DNA from: Rozella allomycis CSF55
Taxonomy: Eukaryota
Reading direction: 5' to 3'
Length of the DNA: 20,000 nucleotides
Assembly: GCA_000442015.1 (NCBI GenBank)
Contig: KE561167.1
Location: 53,673 to 73,672, forward strand
The notes beneath the pieces were generated by a model, which saw only the letters and a list, made by a program, of their open reading frames with translations, made no database searches and was not told the DNA's origin. Positions 1 through 10,641 of the stretch are shown in pieces. Made by a program: the position numbers and the translations under genes. Position 1 is the first letter of the stretch. Each line of letters starts with the position of its first letter.

Positions 1-438
<438 letters not shown>

Positions 439-456
439 ATAATCAAATTATTAAAA

Positions 457-472
457 GGCTTTTCTAAAAGCC
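457..472 (+). promoter_or_regulatory. Histone mRNA 3' stem-loop (Histone3-like element)
   Basis: AAAA-GGCTTT-TCTA-AAAGCC-GCCT, 18 nt after the H3 stop: perfect 6-bp stem starting GG, 4-nt UYUN loop, A-rich 5' flank. Confidence 0.8.
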
Positions 473-595
473 GCCTGATTTTGTTGGATAACAAGTATTC
501 TTGTATTCCAACTGATTTGGTGGTAAAATAAAATCGGCTTATAAATCAACTTGTAAAACTAACTCATCTTGTTTTTTACATTTAAAATTTATTAA

Positions 596-3078
596 CTAAA
601 TTAAACCGAATCCTTCAGCGTTTTGAATGGCTGTTAAGAGTCTTTCTCTCAATTTTTCTTTGGAGCTATATTCATTTAGTAGCAATACATTGAAGCAAGT
701 ATGCGATGTAGGAAGCCTATCGCAGTCAGGACCGTTTCTAGCGATAACAAAGTTCAATTTTGAAAGACCACCGATAGGAACTCTATCAGTTCCAGTTGTA
801 AAAAAGAGTAACAATTTCTTTTCCTTTTCAGAAAAGGCGTGTACAACTTCCCAGAACCATCTGCATTATTAATGAGTATTTTAATTACTGAATGACTGTG
901 GTGTCTGGAGAGTAACCGCCATCGTAAGCTGTGTTGGCTTCCAACGCTTCAAAGTCCAAGTCGCTTGATCCACAAACTAATTGTTCCAATTCTTCAGGTC
1001 TGAATATCTTTTATCATTAAACTTTAAAGATTTTACTGTTATAGCTGTGCCTTTACAAACAGATTCAAAACCACCTCTAAAAGCTTCGAATTGTTTAAAG
1101 ACGGATTTATTGAATACAAAATCAATGTAAAGATCAACAAATTCTTTTCTATTTTCGTTGGTGAGAGAAATTTTTGAGCCGCCTGGTTTTAATTCGACGC
1201 ATTTTCTATTTCCGAATATTTCATATTCGATTTCAAAAGTTCGATCATAAAATTCTTGTACGGATTCTTTAAAGTTTAAAAGTTGGTTGAATCCTTGGGC
1301 CATCGATGGATCCAACTGCAATAAATCTTGAAATGAGATTGGCCTATTTAAGAGTTTCTTGTACAAGGCTAGAGGGAAATGAACATCCAAAATGACATTG
1401 TTGTAGATCGCTAATCCAATCAATCTTCCCACAAGACGATATTCATCTAGAGCGACTTCATCATCTTCTGGATTATTCATAAACCAACAAAGATTAGAAT
1501 CTTCATAAAGACGAAACATTCCATATTTCTGATCAAACATTTCTCTGAAAACTAATTGAAAAAATTCCTTTTGTACTCCTCCTTCATCAACGCCTTCTTC
1601 ACCAACAAATTGAACCCTCAATTGCTTCTTTAAATCTTGGGGACTTTTTAAATCTAATTGAAACAATGCGTCTCTTATAATGTGATCTCTTCTAATCTCT
1701 AATATAAGATATGGACTTTGAATCCCTGCAAACATTGCCCTAAAAAATGCATCTTGAAGCTCATGGCGCATTTGAACCATGCTCTCCACTTTCAAAATAT
1801 CAGTCTTCACAGCAGCATTCAAGATATACGAAAAATAACAAAATGAAAATCTACATCAAAACAGCAAATAATCCTTACCCATCTTTGGCTTTCCAATGAG
1901 GGAAATCCTCCTTGATGTCCAACTGTTCGTTAATCGCATCATTATAAAATTCAGCGTAATTTATAAATTCAGATTGCTCATTTGCATCATAAAGCAACTT
2001 CAATGCTTTAGTAGCTTTAACTACCAAAGTGTCCTTGTTGGGAGAATTAAGCCCAGTCAACAGTCTAATAGTTATAAACTGTTGAAATACAGCAACCAAT
2101 CTCGAAAAGGTTTCTGCATCGTAACCAGAACTAATCCAATGAGACATCAAATGTGTTGTTTTATCCCTTAAAGAATCAATAGACCCCGACTCGCGCGACA
2201 TTCTATTTTCTGTAGTTTCTTGTAATGCGCAAAGACATTCAACCAACTTTGGTAGTATTCCAGTATAAGCATCAGTCTCCATTAAAAGTGGGTTCTATCG
2301 TGAAATAGAAACATGAATTACCTCCAGGGAAATAATATAACATGCAATGTATTTGTCACTTTGCTGGCTTGCTTGGGCATATGGGTGAATAGAACTCAAC
2401 ATCGTTTCGATTCCGGTACTCATGGCGCTAACAACAACTTCTGGGCACTATATCAATATTTTTATGCGCGATTACTTGCAAAATTAATTTGTAAACTTTC
2501 CTTACAGTCTCCAAATCAACAGGACACAATCTTTCATCTATTTGCTTTTTGGTAAAGCTAGTAATCAAATTCTCAGGCCTTGAAAATACAGCATATATAT
2601 GCGACGCTAATTTCTGATAATTGCTTTCTGCCCTAGATTCATCTATCCTTCTCTCTAAATCCTCCAATTTCAATACAAGAAAGTCTATCCCTAAACCATT
2701 TTAATACTACCTTCTGTTAAAATGGACCCATTATCCAAACTTATTCCCCCAATCTCTGAATCTTCCAAGCATAAATGCTCCGTTCCTGTCTTTGCCAATG
2801 TGAGGCTTAGCGAAGTTGCCTCGGCTGCGTCCATCTTTTCCATTCCTTTTATTTCATTTATAACAACTTACGCTTACTTCCAGTAGCACAGTATATATTT
2901 TCACAATTGGCGTTAGAACAGCCAAACGTTAATTGATAATAGTAACTTGAATTATGGATGGTGTAATTAATTACCGCTTCACCAGCTGGCTAAATAGTCT
3001 CTGTTTCTCACTATAATTCAGTGATGCATTTTGCTTGGACCCTGATGGAGTCGTAAATATGTGCTCCTGGTTATTCAT
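596..3078 (-). CDS. UBE3A: HECT E3 ubiquitin ligase, UBE3A/E6AP type with N-terminal AZUL zinc finger; 8 introns of ~26-32 nt
   Basis: Spliced N-terminus [26 protein letters not shown] (AZUL; intron 2946-2974); [37 protein letters not shown]-terminal [13 protein letters not shown] with catalytic Cys and ..AEGFGLI*. Confidence 0.92.
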
Positions 3079-3237
3079 ATCGGGAATTTAAGTTGGGGAT
3101 TTTTCTTGGTTGCAAATTGTAAGGCGGAGTAAATTAATTAACGCTAATAAGACATTGTCAAGACCATAAATTACAATTATTCTCTCAATGCTTTATAAAT
3201 TATGTGAAGATTAATTATTTATTATCCTTCCACACAT

Positions 3238-3938
3238 TCATTTTGGATAATTTTCTTCAAAATACTCCTTGGATTTCTTGGGATCTGGTTTCATGGCATT
3301 GTCGCCTTTTTTCCAGTTTACTGGACATACTAATTCTCATTTGAAGTTATTCAATTACCTTCTCCGTGCTCATCTGTATATTGCAAAGCTTGTACTACTC
3401 TTAACGCCTCATCAACATTTCTCCCAATCGGCAAATCATTCATGGTTATATGACGAATAGTTCCCTTTCCATCAATTACAAACAGAGCTCTTCATTCCAG
3501 AGTAAAAACTGGATTACCTGACTGCGACAGCATCATTAATCAAAACTCCGTAAGACTTTGAAATAGATTTGTTCAAATCTGACAAAATTGGAATCTTCAT
3601 CTCTCCTAAACCTCCTTGGTTTCTTGGCATATTAGTCCAGGCCAAATGTGAGTAAACACTGTCCACTGATGCTGCAATCAAATTACAATCGAGTTTTTTG
3701 AATTCTTCAAATCGATCATTAAACGCTATAATTTCAGTTGGGCATACAAATGTGCTAATTTATGTAACCATATTATTGTTACAAGTCCAAAGGATAAAAG
3801 AACAAGACATGATATTTACCATGTAACTTTTCACTACTTAGCTCTTTAATTTCGCCATTAACTAATGCATTGGTCTTCCATTGTGGAGCTTTTTGTTGAA
3901 CTAATAAAGCCAATGAAACAAAATTTACTCATGCACAT
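3238..3938 (-). CDS. TSA1: Typical 2-Cys peroxiredoxin (Tsa1/Prx1 family); 4 introns of 28-29 nt; missed by the ORF track
   Basis: Spliced translation [18 protein letters not shown]...[24 protein letters not shown]...[14 protein letters not shown]...HGEVCPVNW...SKEYF; start at 3938 or 3932. Confidence 0.95.
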
Positions 3939-4118
3939 ATTATGATAGAAAAGGGCATTTAGAGGTTTGAATGCCTTGGTTCGAAAAACTCTTGAAGCGG
4001 AATTAATTGCAAAAATCATTGATTTCGACAAGGGTAAAAAGAAAGCAAAGGGATCAATTGATGACGAATTTAAAAAATTACAACTAAATAAATTCAAATG
4101 CCAAATTTATTAATTAAT

Positions 4119-5171
4119 TTAACCGAAAACTTGCTTCCAAAAAGAAGCACCAGCGGGAGCCTGAATAGGTGGAAGAGCAGTAGAATTCATGTTATTGTTG
4201 AAGAACTTGTCTATCATTTGCACAACTCCATTCATGGTAAGTATATCAGAGTTAACTATTTGAGATCCATTGACAGTAATGTTGGACCAGTTTTGAGAAG
4301 TGTAGGAAAGGTTTTGACCGGCCATGGTTGCTTCATTTTGAGGAATTGAATTGTTCAAAAACAATGGAGAGTAATAAGCAGTCTTGTTGGAAATTACAGT
4401 ATAATTTTGAATAAAAGAATTTGCCATGGTCATGTTGGATGCGTTAAAATTGCTGGGAAATGCGCTGTCAATCGGGGCAAATAGTGTTACTCCTGGCGTA
4501 TTTTCTAGTTGATTTGACATGTTGGATGCCTTTAGAATTGAATACATCATGGTTAAATTCGCTTGCAATAACGTAAAACTGAGATTTCTTGGTGGAACCA
4601 AAACTGAATCTAGACTGTACCAAACACCGTTAGTTGCGTTTCCTCCTTGCAATACATTAGCCTCTTTGTATGGACCAAACTTTATGTATGGGTTTGTATC
4701 ATTATGATTGTGGACTATGAGCACTTGAGAATTGTTTCCTGGGAGCATTACGGCTTGAGTGTCATTCAAAGCAGTGTAAAAAATTTCAACAGACTGATTT
4801 CGACTTTCTGGCGTATGGAAAAGCATTTGTGAGGAACTGTTTGACACGTTTAGTTGAAGAGACTGTCCTGGAATCAAATGATACGACAATAAATTGGTCA
4901 AATTTAGAGCATTAGAAATGGATTGATTCAAAAATGGACTTGTTACGTTGACTGATACCATCCCTGAATTATTTTGATACGTATAAGCTGAATTGATTGG
5001 CACGAATAAAGTTGCGTTTTGCCCTTGATTATTTAAAATTGTCGTAAAGTTGGCTGCAGAAGACGTTAGATTTGAGAATTGAGTAAGGTTTTGTTGATTA
5101 GATATAGCCGCCGTTAAATTTTGACTTAGAACTGGAAATGCCAAAGTAGCAAACAAAGCCAATTGTATCAT
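4119..5171 (-). CDS. Secreted tandem fasciclin (FAS1) domain glycoprotein, intronless
   Basis: Signal peptide MIQLALFATLAFPVLS; FAS1 motifs TLFVPINSA, LLSYHLIPG, NGVWYSLDSVLVPP, TLFAPIDSAF, NGVVQMIDKF; many N-x-S/T sequons. Confidence 0.9.
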   Translation of the reverse strand: MIQLALFATLAFPVLSQNLTAAISNQQNLTQFSNLTSSAANFTTILNNQGQNATLFVPINSAYTYQNNSGMVSVNVTSPFLNQSISNALNLTNLLSYHLIPGQSLQLNVSNSSSQMLFHTPESRNQSVEIFYTALNDTQAVMLPGNNSQVLIVHNHNDTNPYIKFGPYKEANVLQGGNATNGVWYSLDSVLVPPRNLSFTLLQANLTMMYSILKASNMSNQLENTPGVTLFAPIDSAFPSNFNASNMTMANSFIQNYTVISNKTAYYSPLFLNNSIPQNEATMAGQNLSYTSQNWSNITVNGSQIVNSDILTMNGVVQMIDKFFNNNMNSTALPPIQAPAGASFWKQVFG

Positions 5172-5374
5172 TATTTGTGTAGGTCGTCGCTTCGGCTAGA
5201 ATATTTATACCCCAATTTCATCATAAGATCTATCAAATCAAACGATATAATCTAATCAATGATGCTTGATTTTATCATAACTTCAATTATGTAATAAACA
5301 ACATAAAATTCGTTCAAATATTAAACAAGTGCATAGTCTCTTTGCATTACTTTCGCTTAGCCACAAAGGTGTTA

Positions 5375-6350
5375 ATGACACAAACATCGATAACAATTGG
5401 AACCCGGAAGAGTCAGTTAGCCCTGGCACAAACAAATTTTGTAATAGAAAAACTAAAAATAGAATTCCCTGATTTAGAGATTAATGTGATTCCAATGTCA
5501 ACGACTGGTGACTTGAATTTGACACAAGCGTTACCAAAGATGAATGATAAAGCATTATTTACCAAGGAATTAGATATAGCTCTTTTAGATCGCCGTGTTG
5601 ACATGGTGGTGCATTCTTTGAAAGATGTTCCGACCACGCTGCCGCCGGGTCTTTTACTGGGTGCGATTATGGAACGAGAAGATCCTAGAGATGTTCTTGT
5701 ATGTAAAAGTAAATATGAGAAGGGCACAAAATTAATTGATCTGCCTGACGGAGCAGTCATCGGAACTAGTTCATGGAGGAGGACTGCGCAAATTAAGAGA
5801 AACTATCCAAAATTAATTGTAGAAAACATCGTAAATTTAAAAGAATTTAATCAATTAGAGAGGGAATTTGAATACACGGATGCGAAAATTAGAAGAAGAG
5901 AATTACGATGCGATTATTGTAGCTTATGCAGGAATGAAAAGGCTTAATTGGACAGAAAGAATAAGTAGCGTGATAGATTATGAAGAAATTTATTATGCGG
6001 TTGGGCAAGCAGCACTGGCAATTCAATGTAGAGAAAGCGACGCCTTTTGTTTGTCATTGTTGAATCCTTTGAATCATCAGGAAAGCTTTATTAGATGTTC
6101 AGTAGAAAGAGAATTCTTAAGGACTTTAGAAGGCGGATGCAGCGTTCCCATCGGAGTGAATTGCTTTATTTTAGATAATGAAATTCTTTTAAAAGGGGTT
6201 TTGATTTCATTGGATGGATCGAAGCAAATTGAATCTGAAAAGAAGATCTCTTTAGAAAAATGGCCTTCCCTCGGGACTTTGGTGGCAACTGAAATCATCA
6301 AGGAAGGAAGTGACATTCTGAATGAAATAAGGCGATTAAAGAACTCATAA
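5375..6350 (+). CDS. HEM3: Porphobilinogen deaminase (hydroxymethylbilane synthase); one 28-nt intron 5831-5858
   Basis: IGTRKSQLALAQT, LFTKELD, VHSLKDVPT, REDPRD, spliced IRGNLNTRMRKL, LEGGCSVPIG. Confidence 0.96.
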
Positions 6351-6370
6351 AATACAAATAATTCTCTAAT

Positions 6371-7705
6371 TTATTCCATATATTCTTTGCAAATATCTTC
6401 TAAACTTGCATTTTGATTCATCAATTTGCAAGCTCGCATAAATTCTCCTCGTATATCGTAAAGGGTATCTCTGTCTACTAAACGGCCTAAATTATGTGTG
6501 ATTTCAAAGGGATCTTCAACACAAAACCAATATTTGTCCGTCTTTGTGTTATTCTGTTATTTTTTATGTCAATATATTACTGTAACTGTCCAATTTTTAT
6601 CCTCCTTGGATAAAACAGATCCCTCTCGAATGCTAACCACTCCCTCCTTTACAGGGAAATCGTAAGCAAAATAATGAAAGATTTCAAATAGCAATTCTCC
6701 GGTTGATTGTTTATTTCTTCCGACTCCTTTCCAAACAGACTTCAACTTGGAAATATCTTTGAAGAAATAGGCGTTATACCCTTGCACATTATTTTCTCCA
6801 TTAAAATCGTGCGGTAATCGTTGAAGAACAGGTAAAATCGGAACCTTTCTAGTCTGAAATATAAATATTATCATTATAATGTAGCAATAACTATCAATGC
6901 CATTCGAATCGATTACCTGCTTAGGCTACCAAAATAAGGCTCGTTAATCTTCCGCCTTTTAGCCCAATATTTTATTAAGAATGCGACTTTTTTTAATCTT
7001 TCATCGATATCAGAGTAAGCTCTTAGCATTAAAGTATTATGTACAGCTAGAACATTATTGTACCCAATATCACAAGATATATTAGATCTCGCAGATTTTA
7101 ACTTTACAATTGGTATTCTTGCTCTAGGCAGCATTAAAATATCCTTAAAGTCGTTTTCTTATTAACTATCACTGTACATCTTACCCATTCTAAGTTTTTC
7201 GCCCAGAGTCTCAACTATTTGAACAGCTGTCAACACGGAAGCATCATCCATTACAAGGCAAAGATCCATATCGGCATTCTTTAAGCTAAATCCATTTGAC
7301 ATTGATCCAAATTTGTACAACGTAGATCCTACTACAGAAAAGCAAAGATCTCATACCCGGAAACAGTTCATGGCATATTTTTTCCAATTTTTTAAACAAG
7401 TCCTCCTTTTCCTGAATTTCATTTTCGGTCGGCGACAACTCCATCACCAGTTCGTCTATCTTGGCGGAAATCGTCTTTAAATAGCCATCATCGGGTTTTT
7501 TAATTGTTTTTGAATCAGCAGTCAATGGAAGCTTACGTATATGCTTTTCTATTCCATTTTTTACGCACGTTTCGTTTTGTTTTTTTAATGCCATGTTCTG
7601 TAGATCCCTCTCAACATCTTCAAGTGTATGTACAATCTTCTTTGCCGTATTGCTGCTAATGGATGTCTTTTGTTCTGTGGTTCTGCTGGTGGTCATCCTA
7701 TTCAT
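6371..7705 (-). CDS. Cid1/TUT4-7-family terminal uridylyltransferase; 4 introns of ~26-28 nt
   Basis: Spliced FGSMSNGFSLKNADMDLC (GS..DxD), ARIPIVK, CDIGYNNVLAVHNT, KYWAKRRKINEPYFGSLSSY, CVEDPFEITHNLGR. Confidence 0.9.
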
Positions 7706-7748
7706 TCACTTGGACCCTGGTCACTTTTCACATTCTCTTCACCGCTAA

Positions 7749-8330
7749 ATGTTCACGACTGCTTTCAAATTTTCTCCCTCTTTATTAATTAAAGGACGAT
7801 GGCTACCCGATGAAAAAGAAAAACTGCTCTCTATTTATGAAAAGTATGGTCCTGCATGGCCAATCTTTGAGAGGTTTCTTAAAGGAAGAAGAGCAAAGCA
7901 TTGCAGATATTTTATAAGATTTAGACACATGAAGCCTCCAACAAATAATAAACGTGAATTGGGACTTTACCAAATGGGGTGCGAGCTGATTAACAATAAA
8001 TGGTATTATGTTCCTGAAGTACCAATTCCGAAAAGATATGTTGATATTCTATACTTGAAAACTAGGCCGAATTATCTGACTGGCGTTAAAATAAGAAGAT
8101 TAGGATTTGAGGATACGGAATTGCGATTATTAATTGAGGCTTACGAAGAATTCGGTTCGAATTGGAGGAGAATAAAATATTTGCTAAAAGGAAGAGATGA
8201 AGAATTTTGCTATGAAATGCTAAGACAGAGGTCAATGGACTTTTATTCGATCAATTACTACGAAGACAATAAGGAAAGGCTAGTCTCAGAAATGAATGAA
8301 CATCAGGCAAAGTACAAAGATGTTATGTAA
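7749..8330 (+). CDS. Small protein with two Myb/SANT-like repeats, intronless
   Basis: KGRWLPDEKEKLLSIYEKYGPAW..LKGRRAKHCR and FEDTELRLLIEAYEEFGSNWRRIKYLLKGRDEEFC. Confidence 0.8.
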   Translation: MFTTAFKFSPSLLIKGRWLPDEKEKLLSIYEKYGPAWPIFERFLKGRRAKHCRYFIRFRHMKPPTNNKRELGLYQMGCELINNKWYYVPEVPIPKRYVDILYLKTRPNYLTGVKIRRLGFEDTELRLLIEAYEEFGSNWRRIKYLLKGRDEEFCYEMLRQRSMDFYSINYYEDNKERLVSEMNEHQAKYKDVM

Positions 8331-8371
8331 GATGAAAAATAAAGAATTAGTTCTAATTTTTTATGATTGAT

Positions 8372-10321
8372 TTATTCTAACGCTTCGAGCAATCTTTTTG
8401 TGTCAACTGTTGCATTATCTATTTTCAACAATCTTATGACTAATTGTCTTTCATGTAGAGTTAATGATGGCAAAAGCTTAGAAAATTGTTCTTCGAATTG
8501 CTCTAATGGAACTAAATCCGGTTTTATCGTTTTCTTTAATTCCGGTGATTTGATTTTAGCCTAGTATTGAGATATTAGGTTTATTACTAGTATTTCATTT
8601 AAGTTTGATTGAGTAAATTCTTTATGATTTTGCTGCATATAGTTCAATGCGTATTCGTCCGCTTTTTCCAAAACAAAATGATGACCAAAGCAATTAATTT
8701 CCGCGCCTTTATAAAATAGAGACTAATTATATTACCTAGATAGAAATCTTTGCAAGTGTATGCATCGCCATTTTCTTTTTTGAGTTTTGTTCTCTCGAGG
8801 AATTTCCCACCCAAAATTCCAGTGTTTCTTTGGTGTGGCTCAAAAACTTGAACTGATTCATCAGCAACATAAAAGCAAATCACAAATCTCCTATCTTTAT
8901 CTACCATGCGCTTCGATTTCAATTTCGCCTCAAAGCGAAGTACTATTCTATCATAGGCCATCAGTCTCTTAAAGTCTTTATGAGGAGGTTTGGGAATTAA
9001 TGAAATGCAACTACCTAACGAATCGTCTTCCAATCCAAATCCATTATACGGCGGATATGTCCTTTGAGTCATGGCTTGTAAAAGTTCGGCATTGTCATCG
9101 TCTTCAAAGGTTATTGGATCATTAAGTGTCACACAATATTGTTCTAGATAGTAATTTCTAGTAAACGCATCACAATCGCACAGGATAAATGGTCTTCCGT
9201 ACACGCTTATAATTGCCCCGATTCCCAAGTCTCTGTCAGTGTAGTAATCGTTTGGATCCTTTGATGATGCATCAGGAGAATATAATTCAGGGTTTTTAGG
9301 CAGTTTCCCGCGCCTCAGAAAGGTGTTATTTCTTTTGTCTCTACCGGAGTTTTGTTCCACATCTTCAAATATCTCAAACGTATCATCTGCAAGAAAATAA
9401 TTAATCAACATTTTTCTTGTCTCTCCAAACTTGGATAAAGTATCATCCCATAAACAATAAAACCTTAAAACATGCCGATCATGCTCTAGAAACTTTTTTA
9501 GTCCAAAGTTGGTCTCTCTTGAATGAACCGCCTTCATTCTAGAAGTAAGCTCGTGTCTTAACTCTTGGTAGGAATCACGTGGATAATGGCAATTTTCAGG
9601 AACATCAATTTTACATTTTCTTAAAAAGTCCTAATCAATTAATAGTAATGACCAAATTTACCCTAGTAAAGGCGTCACACCCAATAATTTTGAAGGTTTT
9701 TCCATAGAACACTACCGTTTTGTTGACATTCAAATCACCCAGAGTATAGTGTTGAGAGTTGGATTGACCAGGAATTGGAATTCTATGTCGGGCGATTAAG
9801 GCACCTTGAGGTATGCCACTGTTAAGTTCTCGAGGTTCACTGACATATATAGAATCATCTTCGAGGTAAAATAAAATTTGGCATCTAATTATATATGGTC
9901 TTCTTGATTTTACTTTCGAATGCGAAATTGTTCATCTCGACGCTCGTTAACAGACTCTTGAAAGTACGCATAGAATCTTAAAACCTTATTTAAGTAAAAA
10001 ATAATCTTTACTTGGCGGTCAAAGAGTATCCAAGATGGTTGGGCTTTTGCGTTTACGTCAGCGACATTTTTGTATATTAAATGTGAAGTCCGTGGCTCGA
10101 TGTTTACTTGATTTGGTATTGACACAGCCCCTTTTAATAGTAAATCATTTGCTATTACCGATTCCTGGCTTCCCTTGATGACAAAAGGCAACACCGCCTT
10201 TGTAATCAAATACATGAGACTTTCTGAACTGGTCAGGTTTCTCCTAAAGTAATATTATATCTTTTACTTTATCATAATCAAATGTTAAACCTGGAAGAAA
10301 AGGAAGGTTGCTGCCCGGCAT
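8372..10321 (-). CDS. EFHC2: EFHC/Rib72 axonemal microtubule inner protein (three DM10 domains, EFHC2-like); 7 introns
   Basis: Spliced MPGSNLPFLPG...; FDRQVLRFYAYFQE; HDRHVLRFYCLWDD; PPYNGFGLEDDSLGSC; RRFVICFYVADESVQVFEPHQRNTGILGGKFLER. EFHC1 versus EFHC2 assignment is less sure. Confidence 0.88.
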
Positions 10322-10641
10322 TGATAAATGTTTGCCTTGGTTGTCAAGTAAAAGTTCTTCAGCAAAAATATTTAAATAAATTCTTCAAAGGTCCTATTTT
10401 GATTCTATTGTACTCAGACATTATACAAAGTGTTCTTTAAATGTACAAATTAGGAGTCTGATAACGTCCCAGATCTATCATCTGACCCTGTCACATTCAT
10501 TGATTTCGTTGCAAAATTGCTTACTCCTTGTCTTTTAAATTGTCCTCTACTTCCAGATAAGTGATTGGATCTATATTTAGTGATCTCCATCACTGATGCC
10601 ATCAAAGTACCATTCGTACGCGAAAATGCGAATTAAAATTA

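Noticed and set aside
477..520. U7-binding histone downstream element
   Set aside because: No purine-rich AAAGAG-like core downstream of the stem-loop.
5821..5880. Apparent frameshift or pseudogenisation in HEM3 and other split ORFs
   Set aside because: Explained by 26-32 nt GT-AG introns that restore conserved motifs; no programmed frameshift or alternative genetic code is needed.
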